Assembly (NCBI GenBank): GCA_017936845.1
Contig: JAGBES010000023.1
Span: 26,720-90,719, forward strand
From: Bacilli bacterium
GTDB lineage: Bacteria; Bacillota_I; Bacilli_A; RF39; UBA660
Length of the DNA stretch: 64,000 nucleotides
Reading direction: 5' to 3'
Below are positions 1 through 11,366 of this stretch, piece by piece. The notes under the pieces were generated by a model. The model had not been told where the DNA came from. It was given only the letters and a program-made list of their open reading frames with translations, and ran no database searches. The translations under genes were made by a program, and so were the position numbers. Position 1 is the first letter of the stretch. Every line of letters begins with the position of its first letter.

Positions 1-36
1 ATGTTTACATGTACGTCCTAATTTTCTATAAGCCAT
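1..36 (-). CDS. rplQ: 50S ribosomal protein L17, 5' end only (runs off the window)
   Basis: The reverse complement of 1..36 reads ATGGCTTATAGAAAATTAGGACGT... (MAYRKLGRT...), a typical L17 N-terminus. The RBS AAGGAGG lies at 41..47, directly downstream of the rpoA stop. Confidence 0.6.
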   Translation of the reverse strand, partial: MAYRKLGRTCKH

Positions 37-50
37 AATATACCTCCTTA

Positions 51-1001
51 TTAATCATCTTCACGGAATTTAAGTCCCATATCTTTAATTTTATCAATAA
101 CTTCTTTTAAAGATTTTTTACCTAAATTACGTATTTTCATCATTTCTAATTCAGATTTTTCTGTTAAATCTCCTAGGGTGTTAATACCTGCTCTTTTAAG
201 ACAGTTATAAGCTCTTACAGAGAAATCTAAATCATCTATAGAAGTTTCTAATTTTTTAAGTTTAGAATCTTCTTGTTTAGCTGTCATTATACCAGTCATA
301 TCTGCTATTTCAGAAAGTTCTGTTAAGACATTAAAATGTTCTATTAATATTTTTGCTCCTAAAGCCATTGCTTCTTCTGGGCGAATTGATCCTTTTGTAT
401 TAACATACATAATCAATTTATCAAAATTTGCATCTTGTCCAACACGTGCACTTTCAACTTCATAACTAATTCTTTCAATTGGTGAATACATTGCATCTAT
501 AGGAATAAATCCAATTTTTAAATTTTCAATAAATTTTTTATTTTCATTAGATGGAACATAACCTCTACCATTAGCAACGATTAATTCCATATTTAATTTA
601 CCACCTTTTGATAAAGTAGCTATTACATGATCTGGGTTTATAATTTCAATATCAGCATCACCTTTAATGTCGGCAGCTGTTACTATTCTTTCTTCTTCTA
701 CATTTAAAGTTAATGTTTTTATATCATTTGAATTGTTTTTTAAAACTACACCCTTTAAGTTTAAAATGATTGAAGTAACGTCTTCTACAACTCCATCCAT
801 TGTTTGGAATTCATGCATTACACCATCTATTTTTACTGCTACTATAGCACTACCTGGCATATTTGATAACATTACTCTTCTTAAAGCATTACCAATTGTA
901 GTTCCAAATCCTCTTTCTAAAGGTTCTAATTCAAATTTTCCATAATTATTACTTTCAACATAATCAGTTATTTTATAAATTGGTTTTTCAAAATTTAACA
1001 C
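51..1001 (-). CDS. rpoA: DNA-directed RNA polymerase alpha subunit
   Basis: ORF 51..1052 is RpoA-like (FEKP...GTTIGNALRR, C-terminal domain). A GGGAG RBS followed by a GTG at 1001 gives an N-terminus VLNFEKP that matches canonical RpoA; the longer ORF would overlap rpsK. Confidence 0.9.
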   Translation of the reverse strand: MLNFEKPIYKITDYVESNNYGKFELEPLERGFGTTIGNALRRVMLSNMPGSAIVAVKIDGVMHEFQTMDGVVEDVTSIILNLKGVVLKNNSNDIKTLTLNVEEERIVTAADIKGDADIEIINPDHVIATLSKGGKLNMELIVANGRGYVPSNENKKFIENLKIGFIPIDAMYSPIERISYEVESARVGQDANFDKLIMYVNTKGSIRPEEAMALGAKILIEHFNVLTELSEIADMTGIMTAKQEDSKLKKLETSIDDLDFSVRAYNCLKRAGINTLGDLTEKSELEMMKIRNLGKKSLKEVIDKIKDMGLKFREDD

Positions 1002-1021
1002 TTTTGTACACTCCCTTTCTA

Positions 1022-1405
1022 TTATCCACGTGGACGTTTTGGTGGACGACATCCGTTATGTGGTACAGGTGTTACATCATTAATTGAAGAAATTTCAAGA
1101 CCAGCTGTTTGTAGTGAACGAATAGCTGTTTCACGTCCAGATCCTAATCCTTTTACATAAACTTCAACTTTTCTCATTCCCATATCATAAGCTGCTTTAC
1201 CAGCTGCTTCTGCTGCCATACCTGCAGCGAATGGAGTTGATTTTTTACTTCCTTTAAATCCTAAAGTACCTGCAGAAGCCCAACTTATTGCATTACCTTC
1301 TTTATCACTAAGTGTTACTATAGTGTTATTGAATGTTGAATGAATAAATGCTCTTCCTTCTGGTACATTCTTTTTAACTTTACGTTTTCTTGGTTTATAA
1401 GCCAT
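1022..1405 (-). CDS. rpsK: 30S ribosomal protein S11
   Basis: 127 aa carrying the S11 signature (NNTIVT...[16 protein letters not shown]...PHNGCRPPK). Confidence 0.95.
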   Translation of the reverse strand: MAYKPRKRKVKKNVPEGRAFIHSTFNNTIVTLSDKEGNAISWASAGTLGFKGSKKSTPFAAGMAAEAAGKAAYDMGMRKVEVYVKGLGSGRETAIRSLQTAGLEISSINDVTPVPHNGCRPPKRPRG

Positions 1406-1430
1406 TTTATAACCTCCTTTTCAGTTACAA

Positions 1431-1796
1431 TTATTTTTTCTTATTTGCTACTGTTTTTCCTTTACCTTTACGAGTTCTAGCATTTCTACTAGTTCTTTGT
1501 CCTCTAACTGGTAATCCTTTTTTATGACGAATTCCTTGATATGAATTAATTTCCATTTTAGTTTTAATATTCATATTTACTTCACGTCTTAAATCTCCTT
1601 CGATTGTATATTTTTCAATTTCATCACGAATAAGATTTAGTTCATCATTACTTAATTCATTTGTTCTTCTTGATGGATCAATTTTAGCATCTGCTAATAT
1701 CTTTTTTGATAAATTTCTACCAATACCATAAATATATGTTAATGATATTTCAATTGTTTTCTTATCTGGTATATCTACACCTTTAATACGTGCCAT
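1431..1796 (-). CDS. rpsM: 30S ribosomal protein S13
   Basis: 121 aa starting [10 protein letters not shown], with a basic C-terminus. Confidence 0.95.
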   Translation of the reverse strand: MARIKGVDIPDKKTIEISLTYIYGIGRNLSKKILADAKIDPSRRTNELSNDELNLIRDEIEKYTIEGDLRREVNMNIKTKMEINSYQGIRHKKGLPVRGQRTSRNARTRKGKGKTVANKKK

Positions 1797-1810
1797 AAAA
1801 CACCTCCTTA

Positions 1811-1924
1811 TTAACCTTGTCTTTGTTTATGTTTTGGATTACTACATATTACTAATACTTTTCCATTTCTTCTGATAATTCTACATTTATCACACATTTT
1901 TTTTACTGATGGTTTTACTTTCAT
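1811..1924 (-). CDS. rpmJ: 50S ribosomal protein L36
   Basis: A 37-aa minus-strand ORF not in the ORF track: [37 protein letters not shown]. It sits between infA and rpsM as expected. Confidence 0.85.
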   Translation of the reverse strand: MKVKPSVKKMCDKCRIIRRNGKVLVICSNPKHKQRQG

Positions 1925-1934
1925 AATATCCCTC

Positions 1935-2198
1935 CTATTTTCTATAGGTTATACGCCCACGTGTTAAATCATATTCTGATAATTCTATAGTTACTGTATC
2001 ACCTGGTAAAATGCGAATATAGTTCATTCGGATTTTACCAGAAACGTGAGCTATTACAGTATGTTTATTTTCTAGTTCTACTCTAAATTGTCCTCCAGGT
2101 AAAACATCTAATACTTTTCCCTCTACTTCTATAGCAGACTTTTTATTTGAAGTATTTTCTTCTGTATTTTGTCTTCTATTTGTTTGTTTTTTTGGCAT
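1935..2198 (-). CDS. infA: translation initiation factor IF-1 with a basic N-terminal extension of about 15 aa
   Basis: The S1-like core AIEVEGKV...[29 protein letters not shown]...[11 protein letters not shown] is present. A strong RBS AGAGGTGA lies 5 nt upstream of the ATG at 2198. Confidence 0.9.
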   Translation of the reverse strand: MPKKQTNRRQNTEENTSNKKSAIEVEGKVLDVLPGGQFRVELENKHTVIAHVSGKIRMNYIRILPGDTVTIELSEYDLTRGRITYRK

Positions 2199-2340
2199 TT
2201 TTTCACCTCTTTGTAATCAACATAAATACTTATCTAGTACCTAAGTTAAGCATTGGTTTAACACATATGCCTTTAGGTCCAGTATTTTTGACAAGTCTTG
2301 AGTAGTAATACTCCTTAGTATTACTCACTCTATTAACCTG

Positions 2341-2964
2341 TTATTTTAAAATTCTAACAATCTCATTAAATATTTCATCTTTATCTAATAAATTAATTGT
2401 ATATAATTTTTCTTGTTTTTTGTAAAATTCTAATACGGGTTGTGTTTCTTTAATATAAGTATCATATCTTTTTTCAAATACTTCTAAAGTATCATCAATT
2501 CTTTTTTCTAGTTTTGAATTACATATATCACAAATATCATTATTTGTAGGTCTTAATTTTTCAATTAAACTATTATAAACATGACCACAATTACTACATA
2601 TAATTCTTCCTATTATTCTATTTTCTAATTCTTTTTTAGGAACTTCTAAATATATGACAACATCAATATTTTTAATTATATTTTCTAAACCAATTGCTTG
2701 ATTTAAATTTCTTGGAAAACCATCTAATATAAATCCATTTTTAATATCATCTTTATTTAAACGATTTTTCAATAATTCAAATATAATATTATCATCTATC
2801 AAAACACCTTTTTTGATTTTTTCTTTTAGAGATTCATTTAAATCTGTTTGTGATCTTAATAAATCTCCTATAGATATATGAACTAAATTATATTTTTTAC
2901 ACAACATCTTCGCCTGGGTACCTTTACCAGCACCAGGTGGTGCGATTAGAATTAAATTTTTCAC
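2341..2964 (-). CDS. adk: adenylate kinase with a zinc-binding LID
   Basis: P-loop GAGKGTQ and the LID cysteines CSNCGH...CDIC. Confidence 0.95.
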   Translation of the reverse strand: MKNLILIAPPGAGKGTQAKMLCKKYNLVHISIGDLLRSQTDLNESLKEKIKKGVLIDDNIIFELLKNRLNKDDIKNGFILDGFPRNLNQAIGLENIIKNIDVVIYLEVPKKELENRIIGRIICSNCGHVYNSLIEKLRPTNNDICDICNSKLEKRIDDTLEVFEKRYDTYIKETQPVLEFYKKQEKLYTINLLDKDEIFNEIVRILK

Positions 2965-4226
2965 TTGCGTTTTCCCCTTCCTCTAGTATAATTACGAGTT
3001 ACAAGTTCACTTTCAAGTTGTTTATATACTTCTAAAGCTACTCCAACAACGATTAATAAACTTGTTCCTCCAATACTTACACTTGAAGGTAATTTTGAAA
3101 ATACACTAAACAATACAGGTATAGCTGCAACTATAGAAAGTGCGACTGCCCCAATTGCTGTAATGCGTTTTAAAATTGTTTTTATATATTTTGTTGTTTC
3201 TTCTCCAGGTCTTACTCCAGGAATAAAACCTCCGTTTTGTCCTAAATTTTCTGATAATTCATCTGGTTTAATTTGTAAAAATGTATAAAAATAAGCAAAT
3301 ACAAATATACATACAATATAAATTACAAATCCTGTTGGTGTTGTCATTGTTAACCATTTATTAACAAAAGTTGTAACTGCTGTCTTTTTAGCGACAGCTG
3401 CAACTATTCCAGGTAATGTAAGTATTATTGAAGCAAATATTACTGGCATTACTCCAGCTGAATTTAATTTAAATGGAATATAACTTGTTTGTTTTCCATA
3501 TATACTTGTTGTTTTATTAGCATATTGAATTGGAATTCTACGTTCTGCTGTCTCAATAAATACTACACCAAGTAAAATAGCTACATATAAAATTACAAAA
3601 CCTACAAATTTAAGTATACCAAGCCATCCACCATCTGGTACAAATGAATTATATGTTACATAAAACATATTAGGTAGTGTAGCAATTATACCCGCCATTA
3701 TTATCATTGAAACACCATTACCAATACCTTTTTCAGTAATTCTATCACCTATCCATAATAGTAATGATGTACCTGCTGTTAAAATAAGTGCAAATGTTAA
3801 GTAATCTAATGGACTACCATTATTTACAAATGCGAATGAAAATACATAACCTTGTATAAATGCTAATACTATTCCCATGTATCTTGTTATTTTATTTAAT
3901 TTATTTCTACCTGTTTGTCCTTGTTTTCCAAGTTCTGAGAAATAAGGGATTATATCCATTTGTAATAATTGCATTACAATTGAAGCATTAATATATGGAA
4001 TAACACCTAGAGCAAATATTGAAAATTGTTCTAATGCTCCTCCTCCCATAGCATTAATTAATTCAAAAAATCCTAAACTTGTATCCCCTAAACTATCTCT
4101 ATTAATTCCTGGAACAATTATTGATGTCCCTAACTTAAATACAAATAACATAAGAAATGTAAAATATATTCTTTTTCTTAAATCTTTATTTTGAGGTTTA
4201 AATAATTGCTTTATTTTTTTAAACAA
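2961..4226 (-). CDS. secY: preprotein translocase subunit SecY
   Basis: A 421-aa polytopic membrane protein with SecY motifs, placed between rplO and adk. Confidence 0.95.
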   Translation of the reverse strand: MFKKIKQLFKPQNKDLRKRIYFTFLMLFVFKLGTSIIVPGINRDSLGDTSLGFFELINAMGGGALEQFSIFALGVIPYINASIVMQLLQMDIIPYFSELGKQGQTGRNKLNKITRYMGIVLAFIQGYVFSFAFVNNGSPLDYLTFALILTAGTSLLLWIGDRITEKGIGNGVSMIIMAGIIATLPNMFYVTYNSFVPDGGWLGILKFVGFVILYVAILLGVVFIETAERRIPIQYANKTTSIYGKQTSYIPFKLNSAGVMPVIFASIILTLPGIVAAVAKKTAVTTFVNKWLTMTTPTGFVIYIVCIFVFAYFYTFLQIKPDELSENLGQNGGFIPGVRPGEETTKYIKTILKRITAIGAVALSIVAAIPVLFSVFSKLPSSVSIGGTSLLIVVGVALEVYKQLESELVTRNYTRGRGKRK

Positions 4227-4670
4227 TTAGATCACCTCTACTTTTCCACCTAATTTTTCTATCTCTTGACGAGCTTTTTCTGAAAATTTATGTGCTTTAA
4301 CTACTAATTTCTTTTCTAAAGTTCCATATCCTAAAACTTTTACTCCATCTAATTGATTTTTTAGTAATCCCATTTCTTTTAATAATTCTGGAGTAATAAC
4401 TGAATCATTCTCAAATCTATTTAAATCACTTAAATTAATTACAGCATATTCTGTTTTAAATCTAGCATTTGTAAATCCTCTTTTTGGTAATCTTCTATAT
4501 AAAGGTAATTGTCCACCTTCAAATCCTGGTTTATGACTATAACCGCTTCTTGATTTTTGTCCGTTTTCACCACGACCAGAAGTTTTTCCAAGTCCACTAC
4601 CAGGTCCACGACCTACTCTTTTACGAGTTTTAGTTGCTCCAAAATTTGGAGATATTGTATGTAGCTTCAT
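4227..4670 (-). CDS. rplO: 50S ribosomal protein L15
   Basis: 147 aa, glycine-rich and basic like L15, in the conserved position. Confidence 0.93.
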   Translation of the reverse strand: MKLHTISPNFGATKTRKRVGRGPGSGLGKTSGRGENGQKSRSGYSHKPGFEGGQLPLYRRLPKRGFTNARFKTEYAVINLSDLNRFENDSVITPELLKEMGLLKNQLDGVKVLGYGTLEKKLVVKAHKFSEKARQEIEKLGGKVEVI

Positions 4671-5209
4671 TATATAATTTCCTCTACTTTCTTACCTCTT
4701 AAAGCTGCAATTTCTTCAGCTGTTTTTTGTGATTTTAATGCTTCTAATGTAGCATATGCCATATTAATTTTAGTGTTTGATCCTAGTGATTTTGATAATA
4801 TATCTTTTACACCAGCAAGTTCAAGTACTGCACGAACTGGTCCACCAGCTTTAACTCCTGTACCTGGACAAGCAGGTTTAAGCATTACTCTACTAGCGCC
4901 TCTTACACCAATTGCTTCATGTGGGATTGTTCTATCTTCAATTAAAGAAATTGTAGTTACATTTTTAGTTGCTGCTCCAACAGCTTTTTTTATTGCATCT
5001 GGTACTTCATTTGCTTTTCCAGTACCTAAACCAACTTTACCTTTTCTATCTCCTACAACTACTGTAGCTGAGAAACGAAAATGACGACCACCTTTTGTTA
5101 CTTTAGTAACACGTCCAATATTAATTACTTCTTCTTCATATAATTTTTGTTGTTTTTCTCTTGGTTGTTTGTTTCTTTTTTGGCGTGGTTCTCTTTTATT
5201 TTCTTCCAT
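4670..5209 (-). CDS. rpsE: 30S ribosomal protein S5
   Basis: The S5 dsRBD and C-terminal domain ([13 protein letters not shown]...). No rpmD (L30) gene lies between rpsE and rplO. Confidence 0.95.
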   Translation of the reverse strand: MEENKREPRQKRNKQPREKQQKLYEEEVINIGRVTKVTKGGRHFRFSATVVVGDRKGKVGLGTGKANEVPDAIKKAVGAATKNVTTISLIEDRTIPHEAIGVRGASRVMLKPACPGTGVKAGGPVRAVLELAGVKDILSKSLGSNTKINMAYATLEALKSQKTAEEIAALRGKKVEEII

Positions 5210-5223
5210 TGGTTACCCTCCTT

Positions 5224-5586
5224 TTAGAATTTTAATCCATTTGAACGTGCAGCATCAGCTAATGCTTTTACACGACCATGATATAGGTATCCACCTCTAT
5301 CAAATACTACTTCTGTTATTTTAGCATCTTTTGCTCTTTTAGCTAAAAGTTCTCCAACTTTAGTAGCTGCTTCTACGTTTCCACCATTTTGTAGTTTTAA
5401 TTCTTTATCTATAGAAGAAGCACTAATTAATGTAGTTCCTTTTTCATCATCTATTATTTGAGCAAAAATATTGCCATTTGATCTAAATACATTAAGTCTT
5501 GGAACACTTGAAGTACCAGAAATTTTATTTCTAACACGAGCGTGTCTTGACTTACGAACATCATTACGAGCTACTTTTTTTATCAT
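5224..5586 (-). CDS. rplR: 50S ribosomal protein L18
   Basis: 120 aa with an L18 profile, in the conserved position. Confidence 0.93.
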   Translation of the reverse strand: MIKKVARNDVRKSRHARVRNKISGTSSVPRLNVFRSNGNIFAQIIDDEKGTTLISASSIDKELKLQNGGNVEAATKVGELLAKRAKDAKITEVVFDRGGYLYHGRVKALADAARSNGLKF

Positions 5587-5609
5587 AAGTATGCATCTCC
5601 TTTACTAAG

Positions 5610-6140
5610 TTATGCTGCCTTTTTTCCTTCTTTACGACGAACTACTTCATCTTTATAACGAATACCTTTACCTTTATATGGTTCAGGTTGTCTTACTTTT
5701 CTGATGTTTGCAGCAAATTCACCAATAAGACATTTATCTATTCCTGTTATAGTAAGTTCTGTATTACTTGGAACTTCTATTTTTAATCCTTCTGGAACAT
5801 CTAATTCAACAGGATGTGAATAACCAGCATTTATAACTAATTTGGAACCTTTTTGTGAAAAACGATATCCAACACCAATTATCTCTAATTTTTTTTCATA
5901 TCCTTCTGTAACACCAATAATCATATTTTTAATATTAGCATTTGTTGTTCCATGAAAATTCTTATAGTTATCATCTTTTCTTGTAACAATAACTTCATTG
6001 TTATTAACTTCAACATTAATATTTTTGTTAATTTCAGTAGAAAGTTCACCTTTAGGACCTTTTACTGTAACAATATTATCATTAACAGTTATAGTTACAT
6101 TTTCTGGTACGGTAAGTACTCTATTACCAATACGACTCAT
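5610..6140 (-). CDS. rplF: 50S ribosomal protein L6
   Basis: 176 aa starting MSRIGNRVLTVPENV. Confidence 0.95.
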   Translation of the reverse strand: MSRIGNRVLTVPENVTITVNDNIVTVKGPKGELSTEINKNINVEVNNNEVIVTRKDDNYKNFHGTTNANIKNMIIGVTEGYEKKLEIIGVGYRFSQKGSKLVINAGYSHPVELDVPEGLKIEVPSNTELTITGIDKCLIGEFAANIRKVRQPEPYKGKGIRYKDEVVRRKEGKKAA

Positions 6141-6158
6141 ATTAATCCTCCTAACTTT

Positions 6159-6551
6159 CTACCAAATATACGCTAATACTTCTCCACCTAAAGATTCTTT
6201 TCTTGCTTCTCTATCTACCATTAATCCTTTTGAAGTAGATATTATAGCAATACCAAGTCCATTAAGTACTCTTGGAAGTTCTTCAGCTTTAGCATAAACA
6301 CGTAATCCTGGTTTAGAAATTCTTTTTAAACCTGTAATTACACGTTCTTTATTTTGACCATATTTTAAATTTAAAACTATGATATCTTGTACATTATTTT
6401 TCTTAATTTTATAATCTGCAATATATCCTTCGTTTTTTAATATTTCTGCGATAGATATTTTCATTTTTGAAGCAGGTACTTCAACTTCTTTATATCTCAT
6501 TTGATTCGCATTACGAATTCTAGTAAGCATATCTGCGATTGGATCTGTCAC
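6159..6551 (-). CDS. rpsH: 30S ribosomal protein S8
   Basis: 130 aa starting [15 protein letters not shown]. Confidence 0.95.
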   Translation of the reverse strand: MTDPIADMLTRIRNANQMRYKEVEVPASKMKISIAEILKNEGYIADYKIKKNNVQDIIVLNLKYGQNKERVITGLKRISKPGLRVYAKAEELPRVLNGLGIAIISTSKGLMVDREARKESLGGEVLAYIW

Positions 6552-6563
6552 TTTAATCCCTCC

Positions 6564-6749
6564 TTACCAACTTGATTTTTTCATTCCAGGTATTTGTCCT
6601 TTATATGCTAATTCTCTAAAACATATACGACAAATTCCATATTTTTTTAGTACTGCATGAGGTCTACCACATCTATTACAACGAGTATACTCACGTACTT
6701 TAAATTTGTTTGGTTTGCTAGCCTTTACGACCATACTTTTCTTTGCCAT
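6564..6749 (-). CDS. rpsN: 30S ribosomal protein S14 type Z (zinc-binding, 61 aa)
   Basis: A CxxC...CxxC motif ([23 protein letters not shown]). Confidence 0.95.
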   Translation of the reverse strand: MAKKSMVVKASKPNKFKVREYTRCNRCGRPHAVLKKYGICRICFRELAYKGQIPGMKKSSW

Positions 6750-6768
6750 AATTTCCTCCTAATAATAA

Positions 6769-7308
6769 TTACTTCTTAAACGGCATACCGAAACCTTGTA
6801 ATAAAGCAAGAGCTTCTTCGTTTGTCTTTGCTGTTGTTACAAAAACAATGTCCATACCACGTACTTTTACTACTTTATCATATTCTATTTCTGAGAAAAT
6901 TAATTGTTCTGTTAAACCTAATGTATAGTTACCTCTACCATCAAAAGCCTTTTTAGATATTCCTCTAAAATCTCTTACACGTGGTAATGTAATACTAATT
7001 AGTTTATCTAAAAAGTTATACATATTTTCTCCACGTAAAGTAACTTTGCATCCTATACCTTGACCTTCTCTTAATTTAAATCCAGCTATTGCTTTTTTAG
7101 ATTTTGTTATGACTGGTTTTTGTCCAGTAATAATTTCTAGATCTGCTACTGCTGCTTCTAGTAATTTAGAATTAGTTGTAGCATCTCCTACACCCATATT
7201 AACAACAATCTTTTCAAGCTTTGGAATTTCCATTACATTTGAATAATTAAATTTCTCTTTTAAACTAGGCATGATTTCTTCATTATACTTTGCTTTTAGG
7301 CGGTTCAT
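6769..7308 (-). CDS. rplE: 50S ribosomal protein L5
   Basis: 179 aa with an L5 profile. Confidence 0.95.
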   Translation of the reverse strand: MNRLKAKYNEEIMPSLKEKFNYSNVMEIPKLEKIVVNMGVGDATTNSKLLEAAVADLEIITGQKPVITKSKKAIAGFKLREGQGIGCKVTLRGENMYNFLDKLISITLPRVRDFRGISKKAFDGRGNYTLGLTEQLIFSEIEYDKVVKVRGMDIVFVTTAKTNEEALALLQGFGMPFKK

Positions 7309-7325
7309 AATTACCCTCCTTCCAA

Positions 7326-7634
7326 TTAATCAAGACTTTCGTTTGATTTTTTAGAAATTCTTATTTTTTTACCTTTTTTATCAACAGTATGTCCTATTCT
7401 GGTTCCTTTTTTAGTTTTAGGATCTATTATCATAACATTTGAAGCATGTATTGGTGCTTCCATTTCTTCAATACTACCAGCTGTTTGTCCGTTTGGTTTA
7501 ATGTGTTTTTTTATCATATTAACACCTTCAACAACTACTTTGTTATCAGCTCTTAGTATTTTTTTAATTAGACCTTCTTTTCCTTTATCTTTACCAGCAA
7601 TAACAACTACTTTATCTCCAGTTTTAAAGTTCAT
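7326..7634 (-). CDS. rplX: 50S ribosomal protein L24
   Basis: KOW motif [14 protein letters not shown]. Confidence 0.93.
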   Translation of the reverse strand: MNFKTGDKVVVIAGKDKGKEGLIKKILRADNKVVVEGVNMIKKHIKPNGQTAGSIEEMEAPIHASNVMIIDPKTKKGTRIGHTVDKKGKKIRISKKSNESLD

Positions 7635-7652
7635 ACTTTCCTCCTTTGAAAA

Positions 7653-8021
7653 TTATAATACTTCTTTAGCAAGTGATACAATTTTCATATAATCTTTATC
7701 ACGTAATTCACGTGCTACTGGTCCAAATACACGAGTTCCAACTGGGCTCTTATCATCTTTTATAATAACGCATGCATTATCATCAAATTTAATATAAGAT
7801 CCATCTTCTCTTTTTAGACCAAATTTACTTCTAACTATTACAGCTTTAACAACTTTTCCTTTGCCAACTGTACCGTTAGGAATTGCTTTTTTAACAGTTA
7901 CAACAACTGTATCTCCAATATTTCCGAATTTTCTTTTACTTCCACCTAGAACACGAATAACACTAACTTCACGTGCTCCTGAGTTATCAGCAACTTTTAA
8001 ACGGCTTTCTTGTTGAATCAT
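7653..8021 (-). CDS. rplN: 50S ribosomal protein L14
   Basis: 122 aa starting [16 protein letters not shown]. Confidence 0.95.
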   Translation of the reverse strand: MIQQESRLKVADNSGAREVSVIRVLGGSKRKFGNIGDTVVVTVKKAIPNGTVGKGKVVKAVIVRSKFGLKREDGSYIKFDDNACVIIKDDKSPVGTRVFGPVARELRDKDYMKIVSLAKEVL

Positions 8022-8046
8022 ATATTGATCCTCCTCCCAGTTTCAA

Positions 8047-8301
8047 TTATAAAATAATTGCTTTTTCTACTATTTCTACTAAACGAAAATGTTTTGTTCT
8101 TGATAGTGGTCTTGTTTCCACTATACGAACTGTATCACCAATTTTTGCTTCATTTTTTTCATCATGAGCAGCATATTTTTTTGAAGACTTAACACGTTTT
8201 CCATATAATGGATCTTTTTTATAAGTCTCAACTAAAACAGTTATTGTTTTATCTGTTTTATCACTTACTACTTTTCCTATTAATTCACGTTTATTTTGCA
8301 T
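8047..8301 (-). CDS. rpsQ: 30S ribosomal protein S17
   Basis: 84 aa with an S17 OB fold ([14 protein letters not shown]). Confidence 0.93.
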   Translation of the reverse strand: MQNKRELIGKVVSDKTDKTITVLVETYKKDPLYGKRVKSSKKYAAHDEKNEAKIGDTVRIVETRPLSRTKHFRLVEIVEKAIIL

Positions 8302-8516
8302 TATTTAACCTCCTCACCTAGTTGACGTTCACGTAAAACTGTTTTCATACGTGCAACTAATTTTCTAAGTTCATTAATTCTTGAAGGTTTTTCTAAATTT
8401 CCAGTTGCTTGGTTAAAACGTAAATTAAATAATTCTTCTTTAGCAGATTCAATTTCTTTTAGAATTTCTTCATCTGATAATTTTCTAATTTCATTAATCT
8501 TCACGTTTTTCACCAT
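8301..8516 (-). CDS. rpmC: 50S ribosomal protein L29
   Basis: 71 aa, helical, with L29-like sequence ([15 protein letters not shown]). Confidence 0.9.
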   Translation of the reverse strand: MVKNVKINEIRKLSDEEILKEIESAKEELFNLRFNQATGNLEKPSRINELRKLVARMKTVLRERQLGEEVK

Positions 8517-8922
8517 CCTTCATAACAAATTTACATTTGATTGGAAGTTTATGCATAGCAAGTCTTAACGCTTCACGTGCTACTTCTTCACTAACTCCAC
8601 TTACTTCAAACATTATTTTTCCTTTTTTTACAACTGCAACCCATTTTTCTGGTTGTCCTTTACCTTTACCCATACGAGTTTCTAATGGTATTTTAGTTAA
8701 TGAAAGGTGTGGGAATATATTAATCCATACTTTTCCTCCACGTTTCATATAACGAGTCATGGCAACACGAGCAGCTTCTATTTGTTGTTGTGTTATCCAA
8801 TTTCCTTCCATAGCCATTAAACCATAATCACCAAAATGTAATTCAGTATTACCTTTAGCAACACCATCATAACGTAATCTATGTGGTCTTCTATATTTAG
8901 TTCTTTTTGGAATGACTGCCAT
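8494..8922 (-). CDS. rplP: 50S ribosomal protein L16
   Basis: The L16 N-terminus [15 protein letters not shown] begins at the internal Met, giving a start at 8922. The ORF track extends it to 8952, which would overlap rpsC by 56 nt. Either start overlaps the rpsC 3' end. Confidence 0.85.
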   Translation of the reverse strand: MAVIPKRTKYRRPHRLRYDGVAKGNTELHFGDYGLMAMEGNWITQQQIEAARVAMTRYMKRGGKVWINIFPHLSLTKIPLETRMGKGKGQPEKWVAVVKKGKIMFEVSGVSEEVAREALRLAMHKLPIKCKFVMKDGEKRED

Positions 8923-9574
8923 TTGTATTACCTCCTTCATTTTTTGAGGCAAGGATTTCTCCTTTATATATCCATACTTTTACACCAATTTTTCCATATA
9001 CAGTATCAGCTTCTTTGTGAGCAAAATCAACATCAGCTCTTAAAGTATGAAGTGGAACATTTCCTTCTACATAATGTTCTGTTCTTGCCATATCAGCTCC
9101 ACCTAAACGTCCTGAAACTGAAGTTTTAATTCCTTTAGCTCCAGCTTTCATAGCATTTCTTATTGCTTTCTTTTGAGCAACTCTAAATGATACACGACCT
9201 TCTATTTGATGAGCTATATTTTCAGCAACTAATGCTGCATCGATATCTGGATTCTTAATTTCCATAATTGATATTTGAATATTTTCATCTACTAATTTTG
9301 AAAGTTCTTTTTTTAATTTTTCTATATCATCTCCACCATGACCAATTACTACACCTGGTTTAGCAGTATTGATGATAACTTCAGTTTTGTTTGCATTTCT
9401 TTCAATAAAAATGCTTGAAACTGCTGCGTCTTTTAATTTTTTAGATAAAAATTTTCTGATTTTAACATCATTATTTAAAAACTTAGCGAAATCTTTATTA
9501 CCTGCATACCATTTAGATTCCCAAGTTTTATTTATACCTAGTCTTAAACCGACTGGACTTACTTTTTGACCCAT
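8897..9574 (-). CDS. rpsC: 30S ribosomal protein S3
   Basis: 225 aa with KH and S3-C domains ([18 protein letters not shown]). Confidence 0.95.
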   Translation of the reverse strand: MGQKVSPVGLRLGINKTWESKWYAGNKDFAKFLNNDVKIRKFLSKKLKDAAVSSIFIERNANKTEVIINTAKPGVVIGHGGDDIEKLKKELSKLVDENIQISIMEIKNPDIDAALVAENIAHQIEGRVSFRVAQKKAIRNAMKAGAKGIKTSVSGRLGGADMARTEHYVEGNVPLHTLRADVDFAHKEADTVYGKIGVKVWIYKGEILASKNEGGNTNGSHSKKN

Positions 9575-9590
9575 CAGTTATCCTCCCTTA

Positions 9591-9947
9591 CTATTTTTCA
9601 TCACTAACAACTATTGTTATATGACTTGTTCTTTTCATAATTGGATCAATTCTTCCTCTTGATCCGAATTTCATTCTTTTCATAGTTTGACCTTCATTAA
9701 CATATGCTTCTTTAACATATAAATTAGTTTTATCTAATTTTAAATTGTTAGTAGCATTTGCTACTGCTGAAGTTAAAACTTTTTTTTCTATTCTTGCAGC
9801 TTCTTTATTAATATTACTTAATATTTTATCTGCTTCTTCTACGCTCTTACCACGTATTAAATCTATTACTAAACGGGCTTTACGAGGTGCAATTCTAACT
9901 GTTTTTGCAATCGCTTTTGCTTCCATTTTAGTCCTCCTTCCTGGCAA
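9591..9947 (-). CDS. rplV: 50S ribosomal protein L22
   Basis: 118 aa with an L22 profile. Confidence 0.93.
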   Translation of the reverse strand: MPGRRTKMEAKAIAKTVRIAPRKARLVIDLIRGKSVEEADKILSNINKEAARIEKKVLTSAVANATNNLKLDKTNLYVKEAYVNEGQTMKRMKFGSRGRIDPIMKRTSHITIVVSDEK

Positions 9948-9951
9948 TTAA

Positions 9952-10224
9952 TTATTTTTTATTTTTGTCGTCACCATGTCCACCAAATTTACGTGTTGGA
10001 ACAAATTCACCTAATTTATGTCCAACCATATCTTCTGTAACATAAACAGGAATAAATTCTTTACCATTATGAACAGCAAATGTATGTCCAATAAATTCAG
10101 GATAAATTGTTGAACGGCGAGACCAAGTTTTAATAACTTCTTTTTTTCCTGATTCGTTTACTTTTTCAACCTTTTTCATTAAATGTTTATCTATAAAAGG
10201 TCCTTTTTTTAAACTTCTAGCCAT
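9952..10224 (-). CDS. rpsS: 30S ribosomal protein S19
   Basis: [15 protein letters not shown]...GHKLGEF. Confidence 0.95.
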   Translation of the reverse strand: MARSLKKGPFIDKHLMKKVEKVNESGKKEVIKTWSRRSTIYPEFIGHTFAVHNGKEFIPVYVTEDMVGHKLGEFVPTRKFGGHGDDKNKK

Positions 10225-10239
10225 TTTATCATCCTTTCA

Positions 10240-11070
10240 CTATTTTTTACGACGACGAACAATTAATTTATCAGAATTTTTTTTGTTCTTACGTGTCTTA
10301 TATCCTAATGCTGGTTTTCCCCAAGGAGTAACTGGACCTTTACGACCTACTGGTGCTCTACCTTCACCACCACCATGTGGGTGATCATTAGGGTTCATAA
10401 CAGAACCACGAACAGTTGGTCTAATTCCCATATGTCTTTTACGACCAGCTTTACCAATATTTACTAATTCATGATCAGCATTTCCTACTTCACCAATTGT
10501 AGCTCTACAAGTGCTTAAAACTTTTCTAACTTCACCACTAGTTAAACGAAGTAGTGTATATTTACCTTCACGTCCTAATATTTGAACACTTGAAGCAGCG
10601 GAACGAGCTATTTGACCACCTTTTCCAGCTATTAATTCAACATTATGTACTAAAGTACCTTCTGGAATATTTGCTAGTGGTAAGCAGTTACCAACTTTGA
10701 TATCTGCATTTTCTCCACTTTCAATCTTATTTCCAACTTTTAAACCTTTTGGAGCAATTATATATCTCTTTTCTCCATCTGCATATGTAATTAAAGCAAT
10801 ATTTGAACTTCTATTTGGATCGTATTCAATTGATGAAACAGTTCCAATAACACCGTCTTTATTTCTTTTAAAATCAATAATACGATATTTTCTTTTAGCT
10901 CCTCCACCATGATGTCTTACTGTAATTCTACCAGTGTTATTACGACCACCTTTTTTCTTTAAAGTTACAACTAATGATTTTTCTGGAGTTGTTTTAGTAA
11001 TTTCGTCATTTATTAATGTTGACATTCCACGAGTACCATTAGTCATTGATTTATACGTTTTTATAGCCAT
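10240..11070 (-). CDS. rplB: 50S ribosomal protein L2
   Basis: 276 aa with the L2 signature ([12 protein letters not shown]...). Confidence 0.95.
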   Translation of the reverse strand: MAIKTYKSMTNGTRGMSTLINDEITKTTPEKSLVVTLKKKGGRNNTGRITVRHHGGGAKRKYRIIDFKRNKDGVIGTVSSIEYDPNRSSNIALITYADGEKRYIIAPKGLKVGNKIESGENADIKVGNCLPLANIPEGTLVHNVELIAGKGGQIARSAASSVQILGREGKYTLLRLTSGEVRKVLSTCRATIGEVGNADHELVNIGKAGRKRHMGIRPTVRGSVMNPNDHPHGGGEGRAPVGRKGPVTPWGKPALGYKTRKNKKNSDKLIVRRRKK

Positions 11071-11087
11071 ATATATCCTCCTTTAAA

Positions 11088-11366
11088 TTAAAGTTCAATA
11101 GAACTTCCTTCTGCTAATTTTACTATTGCTTTTTTTACACGATTTGTTTTTCCAACATAACGACCTACTCTTTTTTTCTTAGGTTTTACATTAACAGTAT
11201 TAACTTTTTCAACTTTAACATCGAATAATTTTTCTACTGCTTGTTTTATTTGAGTTTTATTAGCATTAACATCAACACTAAATGTAATTATATTTTTTTG
11301 AGCTAATGCTGCACTCTTTTCAGTTATAATTGGTGCTTTAATAACATTTCTATATTCGCTTTTCAT
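11088..11366 (-). CDS. rplW: 50S ribosomal protein L23
   Basis: 92 aa with an L23 profile. Confidence 0.92.
   Translation of the reverse strand: MKSEYRNVIKAPIITEKSAALAQKNIITFSVDVNANKTQIKQAVEKLFDVKVEKVNTVNVKPKKKRVGRYVGKTNRVKKAIVKLAEGSSIEL

Noticed and set aside
667-945. Plus-strand ORFs antisense to ribosomal-protein genes (for example 667..945, 4773..5084, 5952..6297, 7501..7692, 8537..8752, 9745..9951, 10697..10912).
   Set aside because: They lie entirely inside well-supported minus-strand genes, have no RBS, and are low-complexity translations of AT-rich antisense sequence. They are spurious.
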